Shown here piece after piece: positions 27,784-38,549 of a stretch of 64,000 bases of DNA; the first letter of the stretch is position 1; every line of letters starts with the position of its first letter. Source of the DNA: a virus (taxonomy: Duplodnaviria > Caudoviricetes); the IMG/VR virus record IMGVR_UViG_3300027715_000011, positions 12,279 through 76,278 of that record; one strand, written 5' to 3'. A program made the position numbers and the translations under genes. The notes under the pieces are model-generated. The model was not told the DNA's origin. It was given only the letters and a program-made list of their open reading frames with translations, and did no database searches.

Positions 27784-28146
27784 TCATGCATACTTCTTTA
27801 CCCACATCTCACGGGAGACTGCCTGCACCAACATATTCCGTTCGAAGTAATCAGACTGTATATCATCCTTTAGATCTGATCTCCCGGCAGCCTCTGCAGC
27901 GATCTTCTCAGCAGATTGCCGGTAATCAGATGCACTCTCGCTGATTCGTTCAAGCGTGTGACCTGCACTTGCTGGATACTGTTTGAGGTATGGGATGTCA
28001 TCAGGAAGGATGACAACAATCTCGATCCAGTTGGATGCTGTGCCTTTACCCTTCCGGGCACGAACAACATCATACCCTTGTTCCTTGAGAGCCTTCTTTG
28101 CTAGTTTTGCACCTTCAGACGCTGATATGTATTCCATTTGTTTCAT
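27784..28146 (-). CDS. hypothetical protein
   Basis: 120-aa ORF, last minus-strand gene before the AT-rich gap. Confidence 0.65.
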   Translation of the reverse strand: MKQMEYISASEGAKLAKKALKEQGYDVVRARKGKGTASNWIEIVVILPDDIPYLKQYPASAGHTLERISESASDYRQSAEKIAAEAAGRSDLKDDIQSDYFERNMLVQAVSREMWVKKYA

Positions 28147-28149
28147 CTC

Positions 28150-29040
28150 CTGTGATGAGACACTTCGTCATAACCACATACTATACTATGAGGTATTAGT
28201 ATTTATATTGATCGATCTTGTGAAATTCACACAACATGGGCATTAATTGTTGTCAAACATGATTGAACGATAACTGATGGTTTTATATATGTGAAAAGTG
28301 GTGTTTAGGAGTGGAAACGAAAGTTGTTTAAATAAAACAGTAAATCGGAGCGATGTTGTTTCCTAACATGTATAAGAATTTGCTATTATTTAAGGGTGAA
28401 TTAAAGGTGCGCATGTTAATTTGATTGATTATTATTGAGATATTGTATTATTATTACGTATCATATTACAAAAACGGCGGTTTACCGGTACATGATGAGT
28501 GGAAAATGAGCTCGAAATGAACATGTCGGATACCCATGACATATTCATTACATGAACAGTCGAATATACCCATTATCATATTACCATTATAACTATATAT
28601 ACTTTATCAATATACTTTATATAATAGTTTTATAATTTATATACTACAGTATGCGCGTATTATTAATATGTACACATCAAAATAAAACTCATATTACTGT
28701 CTGTTTATGGGTTATGAGGATGAGTCTTACCACGATCCACCACTACGTCACGGTAACTGAATAATGTTAGGAATCAAGTATGACTAATCTATAATATCAC
28801 TCATATAATATCACTTAAAATTAGTTTTAGAGTATGTATATTGCAGCGCTTTTTAATAAAAACTATAAAATGAATGTAAATGTTAGGTATAATTGCTACT
28901 GTTGTTTTATGATGAGGGTTAGAATCTCAAATAAACGAAGTAAATAAGTCAAATCTGAAAATAAATTAAATGATAGGGGGCATGAAAGGGCCAAAAATAT
29001 AATATGAAAACTATTATATACATCTCTGAGTAAATATAAG
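28150..29040. promoter_or_regulatory. ~900 bp AT-rich divergent intergenic region
   Basis: No ORF in the track; many TATA-like tracts; gene orientation switches here. Confidence 0.5.
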
Positions 29041-29044
29041 GGTC

Positions 29045-29581
29045 ATGTCGCGTAGACCATTATCATGCGATCATGATGCAATTCTTGAAATGTATAAAGA
29101 CGGAGTTACCTACACCCAAATTGCTAAGAAGATGGGTATATCATATGGAACAGTGCGTAACATCCTGATACGGTATGGTGTATTATCAGGAGAGAGGCGT
29201 GTATACAAATTACGCGAGAAACCCAAAACAACGAACAATCATTTTGGTAATATCTGGGCTACATATGAGTCGTTCTCCCTTATAGAGCAGATATTAAAGG
29301 ATCAGTATCTTACTGTTGAGCAGATATCTGACATTATAAAACGTCCAGAATCTGACATTATAGCGATGGTTAATGATTATATGCGTAATAAGAATAATGT
29401 TGCAGAGCGGAGATGTCCTATCTGTAATAGAGAGATATTCGGAAAGCAAAGGAGTGCAAAGACCTGCGGTTCTCCTATGTGTGCATCCCAGATGCGAAGG
29501 TTTACACGTATAGAAACTCTGAAACGAGAGCGTGAGAACCTGCGTATTGATAAGATTCAACAGGCAATATCAGCGGAATAA
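29045..29581 (+). CDS. HTH DNA-binding protein with C-terminal Zn finger
   Basis: MYKDGVTYTQIAKKMGISYGTVRNIL; CPIC...TCGS.MC. Confidence 0.8.
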   Translation: MSRRPLSCDHDAILEMYKDGVTYTQIAKKMGISYGTVRNILIRYGVLSGERRVYKLREKPKTTNNHFGNIWATYESFSLIEQILKDQYLTVEQISDIIKRPESDIIAMVNDYMRNKNNVAERRCPICNREIFGKQRSAKTCGSPMCASQMRRFTRIETLKRERENLRIDKIQQAISAE

Positions 29582-29643
29582 CCATCTTTTTTGTTGGTAT
29601 TACATAAATTATATATAATTTGTGTTGATAGACTAAATTCACG

Positions 29644-30042
29644 GTGTTATATACCGTGGTGAAACGTGGAAGACCGGTCCTATCAATTCCGGTTGAAGAT
29701 ATTATCGCTGACTATAAGTCAGGACTCTCCTTGATGGATATTGCAGGAAAATACAGTATATCTGATATGACTGTATACAACAGGCTCAAGAAAGCAGGCG
29801 TTGAGACTCGTCCGCGTTACAGGCAGGAGAATCGGCGTGTACGGTCAAGACTGAAGCCTGAGGATAAATCACAGTTTACGGCTGATGTTGAATTATACCT
29901 GTATGATGGAAAGAATGCGTATGAGATATCCGTATATACCGGTATCTCGATCAAGGACGTTATCACTGAAGTGAAACGCCAGGAGAGACGGAAATGTTTG
30001 TCATCAACGAAAACACAATCGGACAAGCCCACGAATCAGTGA
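29644..30042 (+). CDS. HTH DNA-binding protein
   Basis: YKSGLSLMDIAGKYSISDMTVYNRLKKAG plus a second HTH-like segment. Confidence 0.78.
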   Translation: MLYTVVKRGRPVLSIPVEDIIADYKSGLSLMDIAGKYSISDMTVYNRLKKAGVETRPRYRQENRRVRSRLKPEDKSQFTADVELYLYDGKNAYEISVYTGISIKDVITEVKRQERRKCLSSTKTQSDKPTNQ

Positions 30043-30842
30043 TCAATTACATATCTGATAACAGCACCTGTCTCAAGACTGAAGACGGTGAATGTACTAT
30101 CGAGACCGGTGAACCTATTGCTATAAAGGTGAATAACCCGTTGCAGGAACCGATGATATCATCAGCATCACTGTTTAAAAAGGGATTTGCTGATACCTAT
30201 AAGAACTCATTCTACTCAGTCACCCTGCGAAAGAACGACGGTACCGATGCAGTATACACCTATGGGAACCGGTTATGTGATTACTTCTCTCCTACTGTCA
30301 TGTTCCACTGTTCAGGAAAGAGAACATATGTTCAGAGGATTTTTGATAAAGTATTTTCATATATCGGATATATGCCGTCAGGCGTTGCAAACTATATTAA
30401 ATGGAAAGGTGACGGGAATTCAGGGGGTATCAACCAGATTCATACATCCATCATCGATCGTATCGTGAAATCACCAAATACACGGCGTGCGATCGCTATT
30501 ACATGGTCACCAAACCATGATATTGAGCAGAACGAACCACCATGTCTCCAGTCTGTATACTGTCGTGTACGACCACATACATCCTATATCGATCTTACCG
30601 CACTCTTCAGGAGCAATGATATGCTCTCTGCATGGGGACAGAATGCATACGGACTTGCTTACCTGCAGAAATACATCGTTGATGAGATAAACAAGAGATC
30701 CAGTATTACCTACAGTGTCGGTACGCTTGAGACGATCTCACTGTCAGCACATATCTATTATACCCGTGACTGCCTTGAATTGAGTAGATTCAAAGATAAG
30801 GCTGATATAGTCAGATCATACTCGTCATTCCAGCGAACCTGA
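29994..30842 (+). CDS. thyA: thymidylate synthase, archaeal type
   Basis: YTYGNRL, PNTRRAIAITW, PPCLQ (catalytic Cys), FRSNDM..AW..N, SAHIY. Confidence 0.88.
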   Translation: MFVINENTIGQAHESVINYISDNSTCLKTEDGECTIETGEPIAIKVNNPLQEPMISSASLFKKGFADTYKNSFYSVTLRKNDGTDAVYTYGNRLCDYFSPTVMFHCSGKRTYVQRIFDKVFSYIGYMPSGVANYIKWKGDGNSGGINQIHTSIIDRIVKSPNTRRAIAITWSPNHDIEQNEPPCLQSVYCRVRPHTSYIDLTALFRSNDMLSAWGQNAYGLAYLQKYIVDEINKRSSITYSVGTLETISLSAHIYYTRDCLELSRFKDKADIVRSYSSFQRT

Positions 30843-30885
30843 CCCTATCTTTTTAAGTTTTATTTACACCTATTATGTAGGTGTT

Positions 30886-31740
30886 TTGTATTTGTACTCT
30901 CCAGCAAAAGAATCTATCAGTATACACAGGGATCTATGTACCCGTATAAAGAAGTCATCTCATTACAGACAGATACATGAGATGCATGGGCGAATGCAGG
31001 AGTATACTCCTCAATATACAGCAATGATGAATGCATATGCATCTGCCATGAAAGAGTACTTCAGGGATCCGTCAGTATACGATACCAAGATAAAACCCAT
31101 TCTTGCACAGCTTACCCGGTATGACGAGATGGTATCTCCGATGAAAGCCAGGATGCATGAGTATACAAAACACCTGACATCATCTGCATTAGACCGGGTA
31201 TCAGCAAACCCTATGCATTCAGACAAAGGATCATTCACATTTACAGGGGAGAATATAGGTAATGCTCAGTACACCGTGGATCAGATCAAACGTATCATGC
31301 ATCCTGACATATTTGATAACCTTGTTGTTACTATACAGGTGAATGATACCGTGCAGCAGTCCAGGGTGCAGCCTTTATCAACTGGATACTTGGTTACGCT
31401 TCCATCACAGTATACAACCGGTGACGTGGCCCATGAGATAGGCCATGTTATAGAGATGTATAAACCTGACATTATGGTACGTGCAAAACAGTTCCAGGCA
31501 TCGAGAACCAGAGGAGAGAACTATCAGTTGTTATCCAAAATCATGCCTGAACATGCATATGACTCTGAATACTGTAGAGCCGGTAACTTCCCTGATCCGT
31601 ATTGTGGAAAGATCACAAAAGACGGGTCTACTGAGGTGTTTGCAATGGGACTTGAGTTTATGGTCATTGATCCGATAACGTTCGCTCATGTTGATCCTGA
31701 GTACTTCCAGATGATACTTGACTGTATTAGAGGTGTCTGA
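30886..31740 (+). CDS. zincin-like metallopeptidase domain protein (copy 1)
   Basis: AHEIGH...FPDPYCGK...TEVFAMGLE...DP..F...DPEYF. Confidence 0.75.
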   Translation: MYLYSPAKESISIHRDLCTRIKKSSHYRQIHEMHGRMQEYTPQYTAMMNAYASAMKEYFRDPSVYDTKIKPILAQLTRYDEMVSPMKARMHEYTKHLTSSALDRVSANPMHSDKGSFTFTGENIGNAQYTVDQIKRIMHPDIFDNLVVTIQVNDTVQQSRVQPLSTGYLVTLPSQYTTGDVAHEIGHVIEMYKPDIMVRAKQFQASRTRGENYQLLSKIMPEHAYDSEYCRAGNFPDPYCGKITKDGSTEVFAMGLEFMVIDPITFAHVDPEYFQMILDCIRGV

Positions 31741-33374
31741 TGAAGGCATATCCGATAACGGTATGTGGGAATGTTGCGTATACCGATGGTATAACCTGGA
31801 AGTCAAAAGATCCTGCACTTGCAGAGTTCTTGAACCATATCAGGAAGAGTCTTGATATGCCCCGGTTGATGCATACACCTGATAAGGCATACTATGTAGC
31901 AGAACGAACGCTCAAACGTCTCAAGGAGTATGGGTTCTGGGATGCAGAACGGCATAGTTCATTCAATTTGTCGCGTGAATGCACTATAGACTGTGAACAT
32001 GTATCATATCAGGATGATTATACACCGTTTATTGATATACCAACTATCAACCCGGCATATAGCAGACATATCATGCTTGAGTCAGGTATCAAGCCGGTCA
32101 TGACTGACGTAATATCACCGTATCTCCCGGTATCGATGCAGACAGCGTTTACAGCGGTGATCACCGGTGCCATGAATCAGGTCACAACATCAATACAGGA
32201 GAGAGATAACAATTCTGATGATATCATCAGTGAACTTGATATATACTTCACGGCAACAAAACCCCTTCCATCAGGTTTGACAATATTCACCCCTCTGATA
32301 GCTGATGGATCACCCGGGGATCAGGTGGATGTTCCTGAGTACATTACTGGATCGCTCAGCTCAAAGGAGATAGACGGAAGGTATTGTGAGATACATGCTG
32401 ATGGATTCTTAAAAGGGGCATTCATTGATGATCCACGGTATCTTATTATCCTGAACCGTGGGATGAAGTACAGGATTGACGCTGCTGACTCTATCAAGGT
32501 GGTGCTCACACCGGTAGGGGTATGTGACACCCCTGATGTAAAGGTGACGTATGCCCCGTCTCCAGAGGCTGAAGAGGTATATAATGCCATTAAAGGGCAT
32601 GTTATGTCAGAGTCAGACATCAATACATCTGCTGATGCATATGCAAAAGAGGTGGACGATCGGCTTGCCAGGTGGCGTATCATGCCTCATACTGATCTTG
32701 CATATACCCCTGAACATAAGTCATGGTTTACCAGATCAAAAGAGTATGTGAAGAGGATGCGTGAGTTTATCAGACAGGCGCAGCATGAGACGTTGTCAAC
32801 CGGTACAGTGGGGCATCTTATATACCGGCTATCAGGTGACGCTACCCTGGATGATGAGACTGTTCAGTCAATAAACCGTATAACGATATATCCAGTAATT
32901 GACTGGTATAAGACTCATCTCCCGCAGAAACTCCTAGACCGGATACTGGTCACCATCATCTGCCAGGATGAGGACGGAAGATCCGCGATGGTAGGGTATG
33001 ACGAGTATCAGGAGATATACCTGAAGTATCAGGCCTATGATGATCCGTCAGTATTAGCTCATGAGATGGGTCATGTCATTGAGATGTGTAACATGGGTGT
33101 AAGGCAGGCGGTGCTCAGGTTTCTTGCATTCAGAGCAGGATCAACCAGGCTTATACGTATGTCTGATGCGTATCCTGACTGGGGATATGGAGAGGACGAG
33201 ATGGCATACCCTGATCATTTTCCGAATCCGTACTGTGGAAAGATCTATGATGATATGAGTACAGAACTCATCTCAATGGGAATAGAGTATATGTTTCGTG
33301 ATCCTGCAACATTTATGGTTAAAGATCCTGAATACTTTATGTTTATGGTTGATGTGATTAAGGGGAGATACTGA
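31740..33374 (+). CDS. multidomain protein: small X domain, degenerate ART-like fold, zincin (copy 2)
   Basis: N-terminal G.VAYTDG.TWKSKDP.L; LPSGLTIF...GD.V...ILNRG.KY; AHEMGH...FPNPYCGK...DPEYF. Confidence 0.7.
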   Translation: MKAYPITVCGNVAYTDGITWKSKDPALAEFLNHIRKSLDMPRLMHTPDKAYYVAERTLKRLKEYGFWDAERHSSFNLSRECTIDCEHVSYQDDYTPFIDIPTINPAYSRHIMLESGIKPVMTDVISPYLPVSMQTAFTAVITGAMNQVTTSIQERDNNSDDIISELDIYFTATKPLPSGLTIFTPLIADGSPGDQVDVPEYITGSLSSKEIDGRYCEIHADGFLKGAFIDDPRYLIILNRGMKYRIDAADSIKVVLTPVGVCDTPDVKVTYAPSPEAEEVYNAIKGHVMSESDINTSADAYAKEVDDRLARWRIMPHTDLAYTPEHKSWFTRSKEYVKRMREFIRQAQHETLSTGTVGHLIYRLSGDATLDDETVQSINRITIYPVIDWYKTHLPQKLLDRILVTIICQDEDGRSAMVGYDEYQEIYLKYQAYDDPSVLAHEMGHVIEMCNMGVRQAVLRFLAFRAGSTRLIRMSDAYPDWGYGEDEMAYPDHFPNPYCGKIYDDMSTELISMGIEYMFRDPATFMVKDPEYFMFMVDVIKGRY

Positions 33375-35779
33375 TGAAGATAACGTGCAACGGCGTCCAG
33401 GCAGAGATAAAAGGAAGCAGATGGACATCTGCAGACAAAGAACTTCAGGAGATCCTCACTGAGTATACCGATATCATCCTGATGTCCACCGATACCATGC
33501 TTCATATCCCTGATGTATCCAAATATATTACATCATTTATTGTTAATAGGCTTACCGATCAGGGAGTAACCTGTGTCATTACTGATCAGCATCCTGACGA
33601 GCCTGAACAGGTTATCATTAGTAGATCAAATAAATTTGATTTTGATAAGAAATATGTGCGTAGAGGAGAAACTCCTCCAAAATGGGCAAAACTGAAACGA
33701 GGGCCAAAAGGAGGACTGCATTATGATGACATCGATCGCACTGTATCATTTATAGAAGACAGGAACTTCTCCCCTGTTCCAGAGACCACTCCTCATCCGG
33801 TGTATATGACAGATAAAGATGGAAACATGATATCTGTCACGTATATCATGAGTGTAGTGAAAAACGTTGTCGGGAAAGAGGGTACTCTGTTCACCATGTA
33901 CTCACTTCCGTCTGATGCGTTTAATGCTCAGTACGGAAGGGGTGAGAACGATTCAGGTGCGTTCAGAGATGGAACAAATCTTATCCTATCGGATGACACC
34001 AGGCTGGGTCCCATTCGTGAAGAGGTGCGGGTAGCACTCGGCCAGATATATCAGATAGACTCGTTGTTAAAACAGGGCATTCTTGAGTATATCACAAACA
34101 GTGTTGCCATTATGCTGAATGTAACGCCTGGTGAGAATACCGAGCTTATGAGGGATATGCTGGATATCCTTGATATACCTGCTAAAACAGCCATATCGAT
34201 ATTTCTCTCACCATATGTAGAGCGTGATATAGCAGGCATTCTTACAGACCGGTTCAAACAGTTGTTCAATGATGGGTACCAGATTATATTTGACAACCTG
34301 GTCTCTGAGCTTGAGAGCACAGTCCCTGGTATGGCATGTCGGTTGGATGAGATACTTAAGTCTGTTCAGGAGAGAAAGCCGTTGTCAGTAGCACTGATGG
34401 TAACCAAGGTATCAGACGATGATCTCAACCAGTTCACTGATGCATACCGGTTCAAGATCACTCATGCAGACTCATGGAAGAGGTTCACCGATCAGATAGC
34501 AAAAATAAAAGAAGATCCCTTTGAGATGAAAGTATTCTTTGAACAGGTACAGTATACCCAGTTTCACATATCACCTGGTATCATCGACAGTATATCAGTT
34601 CATCTGATTGATCAGGCATGCACCGGGCTCCTGCCTCCTAACACCTATATGGCAGGTGTCCCGTCATATATCACAGATGTATTTGATACGGCAGTCATTG
34701 GTGATGTAGTATATCCCTGTACCTGGATACATACCCAGTTCTCACCTGCAGCTGAACTTGTCATCTCGTTCAAGGCAGATAACACAAAAGCTGGTATCCT
34801 GTATCAGGATGACTGGAGTAAAGAGTATATTATAGACAGGAATGTAGGGTGGAAGGTTATAGACCGGTATGAGAACGTCATCTTTGTAGAACCGGTGAAC
34901 CCTGATCCTGTACTTGATCTGTCAGAGTATCAGAGTGATATCACTATGGATGACTGTAATCGTGCAGTATCAGGGGATCTCGTATCTATTCTTGCGGTTG
35001 AAAAAGAGATGAAGTTCCAGATCCCTGAAACCACATTGTATATGGTAAATGGTATTAAAGGGTTGGATGTATACAGTTTGAAAGATGGTGATGAGTTTGT
35101 GCAGCCTGATATTCAGATATGCTCACTTGCTCCGCAGAATCTGTCATTATGTATCGTTGAGTTTGTATACGCGGGTACCTGTGCATGTGTGCATGACTGT
35201 GTCATTCTTCCACGAAATAGATCGTATAAGGTGATCAATTCCCGGGTAAAACATATGGTTGTTGATACGGGCACTCTTGACGTGGTGCAGATGACGTATC
35301 TCACGATACTCCCTATTGAGTCACCTCTTCCGGTATCATGTAACGGTACGGTTATTATGGAGCAGATCCCGAATGTGATACCTGAGAAGGTAGAGCCTGG
35401 TGTCATCCTGTATAAAGGGCTTGATGGGTTTGGGTATACTGTATTGCAGGATCTTCTGATAGGTGATATCATCACCAGTGATGAGGATCACCTGTTTGTG
35501 TATGATTTTGCACTGGCATTAGACCAGGCGGTTCCTATTCTTACTATACCGAACGGGAAACGGGTTATATTCAGAGTGGTACTGAAAGATGGTGATCCAT
35601 TCGTGACCGGAGATAATGCGGTGATATTCCCGATGAACAGGCCTATGGTAGTAAGGGATATCCATATTGGAACGCTTGAGCAGTTCAACAGTCCTGAATC
35701 GGTATACCTGTATGATCTGGAGTATATCGACTCCCCGGTTGCAACAGATTATGAGTATGTTCAGTATCTGGAGATGTGA
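33374..35779 (+). CDS. multidomain protein: X domain, leader motif, three tandem degenerate ART-like folds
   Basis: NGVQAEIKG.RWTSADKEL; KKYVRRGETPPKWAKLKRGPKGGLHY; three units ending I.DRN/LPRN/FPMN.+ V. Confidence 0.65.
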   Translation: MKITCNGVQAEIKGSRWTSADKELQEILTEYTDIILMSTDTMLHIPDVSKYITSFIVNRLTDQGVTCVITDQHPDEPEQVIISRSNKFDFDKKYVRRGETPPKWAKLKRGPKGGLHYDDIDRTVSFIEDRNFSPVPETTPHPVYMTDKDGNMISVTYIMSVVKNVVGKEGTLFTMYSLPSDAFNAQYGRGENDSGAFRDGTNLILSDDTRLGPIREEVRVALGQIYQIDSLLKQGILEYITNSVAIMLNVTPGENTELMRDMLDILDIPAKTAISIFLSPYVERDIAGILTDRFKQLFNDGYQIIFDNLVSELESTVPGMACRLDEILKSVQERKPLSVALMVTKVSDDDLNQFTDAYRFKITHADSWKRFTDQIAKIKEDPFEMKVFFEQVQYTQFHISPGIIDSISVHLIDQACTGLLPPNTYMAGVPSYITDVFDTAVIGDVVYPCTWIHTQFSPAAELVISFKADNTKAGILYQDDWSKEYIIDRNVGWKVIDRYENVIFVEPVNPDPVLDLSEYQSDITMDDCNRAVSGDLVSILAVEKEMKFQIPETTLYMVNGIKGLDVYSLKDGDEFVQPDIQICSLAPQNLSLCIVEFVYAGTCACVHDCVILPRNRSYKVINSRVKHMVVDTGTLDVVQMTYLTILPIESPLPVSCNGTVIMEQIPNVIPEKVEPGVILYKGLDGFGYTVLQDLLIGDIITSDEDHLFVYDFALALDQAVPILTIPNGKRVIFRVVLKDGDPFVTGDNAVIFPMNRPMVVRDIHIGTLEQFNSPESVYLYDLEYIDSPVATDYEYVQYLEM

Positions 35780-35976
35780 GTATGTATATCATCGAGCATG
35801 TGGATCTGTTTACGAAAGAAAATTTGATGTATTTAAACAAATGTGCATTAGATCGAACCTTGTCGATCTATAAGGGGAATGTTATTCCCCTAACCAGTGA
35901 TAACGCTGAAGAATACACAGAGAATGATACTGATACAGGGGAAGAAACTTCCCCTTACTATATGGGGATGATCTGA
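35776..35976 (+). CDS. small hypothetical protein
   Basis: 66 aa, abuts the genes on both sides. Confidence 0.55.
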   Translation: MSMYIIEHVDLFTKENLMYLNKCALDRTLSIYKGNVIPLTSDNAEEYTENDTDTGEETSPYYMGMI

Positions 35977-37914
35977 ATGGTAGATCTTCGCAAGGTGTAT
36001 GTCACCAAGAATCCTAAGCTTGCACCGAAGGGTGCCAAACTCATCACAACCAAGAGGAATGCGGTCTATTACGATACTGATGATCTTAAAGGCGTAAAGA
36101 CGAATGATGTAAAACCATCAGTTACTACACCTGAAAAGAAAGATACCCCTCCAAAGAAGAAACGGTTATACATAAAAGAGGGAAAGAGGTATCATCCATC
36201 CTTTGAGGTGAAGAAGACAAAGACCGGGAGAGGGTATATCGAGTATGACGGGAAGAAACCTGCTGAATATACCGGTATAGACTCACTTAATGATTTAACC
36301 ACTCTCCTTGAACAGAAGTCTGGTGATACTACAGTCATTCAGAAGTATAAGAAGTTGTATTATAATGAAGAATTGTCTGATAAGACAAATAGGCATATAT
36401 CACGTTATGTTTTAGAGAATAAATCGTATAAAGTATTATCAGTCGGTGACGATATATTTGAGTCATTAAAAGGATATAAGGGGGAGGGTGCTATCTCTGA
36501 TGGTGTAGGAAATACTATAGCTATTATATACAAAAATAACATTATTCAACCATATAGGGGATTATTGGCAGTACCTTATATATCTGCACGAAGGTTACGG
36601 GAGACACAGAAGCACCCACTTCCTCAGGATATGATGGAGAGTATCATCTCATCGGTAATGGCAACCGATCATTATGCTCAATTTGGTGATTATGATCCAT
36701 CATATGATAAGATGATTGATTATTATCGATCTATTCTTGGAAAACAGGGTTCCCGGGATGTGGCATTGAAGGCTATCCTGTCACATTATGACATTAATAT
36801 GAATGACCTGTATGCCAGTCTTAAGACAGCACCATATGACAACCCTTCAGGATGGTTATTCAATCAGATTAAGAAGGATTACCCGGAAGCGCCAAAAGAA
36901 TTACTATCATCATTGAAGAAGTCGTTATCGAGTGAGAACTGTTTTAATGATGAGTTTTTAAAAACAGTATCAAAACTGGCTCATTTTTATGATCCAAAAC
37001 TTGATTTCGGAAGTGATCATATTGCAAATAATGCAGTTCAGATCTGTAATGATGGAATATATCTGAAGTATATGAGTGATGGCGCCCTGAAGTGTAAGAA
37101 TTTTGGTATACTTGACAATATCATCTTTAAACTTGATGATCAGAATATCCATACAAAAAGACAGGATCTCTATAAAGTAGTGAATGAGCATGGAAATACA
37201 GTTGTATACCTGCGGAAAGGTGTGAACGCTCTCTCAAAAGAGTCACAGTTTGATATTATTCATAAGGTTATGGGTGATCTCGTCTACGAAAAGTTGAACA
37301 GTATCGGTGCATTACCGTTATCAGATCTCTTCACTGATGATCCTGAAACCAGGAAGGATTTGTTTGTTCAGACGTTTATAAATCAGAGTAAGGATGCTAC
37401 TACGTTATCTGATGATGATATTAAGAGAAGGCATGAACTGAAAGCATTAGTGTATAATAAGATGTATACCGATTCTCCGCTGGTATATTTCAATACCACT
37501 CCTGAAGGTATGAAGAACAAGAGTATGGTAGATGATCTTGCACAACGATACAGTGATGTGAGTAAGAATGCAGAGCATGCCCAGCGGTTAACAATAAAGC
37601 TGCGTGAGACTATCGATCCTGTTGAGAGAGCACGTCTGGAGAGAAATATAGCAGAAGCATTAGGGTTATCTACTGATGAATCATCCCGGGTTGCAGAGTT
37701 GAGATCCAAGTCTGAACAGATAAATCTTAAAGCAACTGCATTACAGGAAGAGTATCTGAAACGGGTGAACGGTTACTGTGAGCAGACCGGTGCCGATCTG
37801 GATGATGTGCTTGAACGGCTTCCATTACTGGATCCTACAGCGGATAAGATATTTAAAGAGTTTAATGAGTTATGTAGGCAGGCTTCAGAGTATAATAATA
37901 GGCTCTTGCATTAA
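35977..37914 (+). CDS. large protein with two copies of the leader motif; probably the N-terminal part of a frameshifted gene
   Basis: DLRKVYVT...APKGAKLITTKRNAVYY and KRLYIKEG...EVKKTKTGRGYIEY; coiled-coil C-terminus. Confidence 0.7.
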   Translation: MVDLRKVYVTKNPKLAPKGAKLITTKRNAVYYDTDDLKGVKTNDVKPSVTTPEKKDTPPKKKRLYIKEGKRYHPSFEVKKTKTGRGYIEYDGKKPAEYTGIDSLNDLTTLLEQKSGDTTVIQKYKKLYYNEELSDKTNRHISRYVLENKSYKVLSVGDDIFESLKGYKGEGAISDGVGNTIAIIYKNNIIQPYRGLLAVPYISARRLRETQKHPLPQDMMESIISSVMATDHYAQFGDYDPSYDKMIDYYRSILGKQGSRDVALKAILSHYDINMNDLYASLKTAPYDNPSGWLFNQIKKDYPEAPKELLSSLKKSLSSENCFNDEFLKTVSKLAHFYDPKLDFGSDHIANNAVQICNDGIYLKYMSDGALKCKNFGILDNIIFKLDDQNIHTKRQDLYKVVNEHGNTVVYLRKGVNALSKESQFDIIHKVMGDLVYEKLNSIGALPLSDLFTDDPETRKDLFVQTFINQSKDATTLSDDDIKRRHELKALVYNKMYTDSPLVYFNTTPEGMKNKSMVDDLAQRYSDVSKNAEHAQRLTIKLRETIDPVERARLERNIAEALGLSTDESSRVAELRSKSEQINLKATALQEEYLKRVNGYCEQTGADLDDVLERLPLLDPTADKIFKEFNELCRQASEYNNRLLH

Positions 37915-37952
37915 AGGAGAAGAACAGCCTGTCTGCTATTGAAACTGAAATA

Positions 37953-38549
37953 ATGGCATTAACGGGGGGGTTAACGTCTGACACTCCATTGATAGTGAAA
38001 CAGTCAACATATCCTGGATATACAGATATCCCTGATAAAACTGCATTTAACAAAACAGTAACGCATGTGAGTGATTGGTTTAGGACTCATGTTTCAGAGT
38101 CGTTATGGAATAAGATACGATTATCAGCAGGGGTTATCACTAGCGGTAGAGCGCATTGTAACAGTAATACCAGTGATGGGAGTATCATAGGGATATCTAA
38201 AGGAGGATTTATAAGCGCATCTACGCTCATTCATGAGATTGGTCATGCAATAGAGCATGATAACCCAAAGGTGAAATCAGAAATTAACGAGTTTTATAAC
38301 CGACGTACTGCCGCATCAGAACTATCCAGGTTAAAGGATATACTTCCTTCATCAGGGTATGATAACGATGAATATACAAAAACTGACAGTTTTCCTGATC
38401 CCTACTGCGGAAAGGTGTACAGTGATCATGCCACTGAACTCCTCTCGATGGGGTTGCAGTTTATGTACGAAGACCCAAACTTATTTATGAAAAAAGATCC
38501 AGAATACTTCAACCTGATATATGATATCATGAAGGGGTGTTACGTATGA
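37953..38549 (+). CDS. zincin-like metallopeptidase domain (copy 3)
   Basis: IHEIGH...FPDPYCGK...TELLSMGLQ...DP..F...DPEYF; frame open from 37902. Confidence 0.78.
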   Translation: MALTGGLTSDTPLIVKQSTYPGYTDIPDKTAFNKTVTHVSDWFRTHVSESLWNKIRLSAGVITSGRAHCNSNTSDGSIIGISKGGFISASTLIHEIGHAIEHDNPKVKSEINEFYNRRTAASELSRLKDILPSSGYDNDEYTKTDSFPDPYCGKVYSDHATELLSMGLQFMYEDPNLFMKKDPEYFNLIYDIMKGCYV

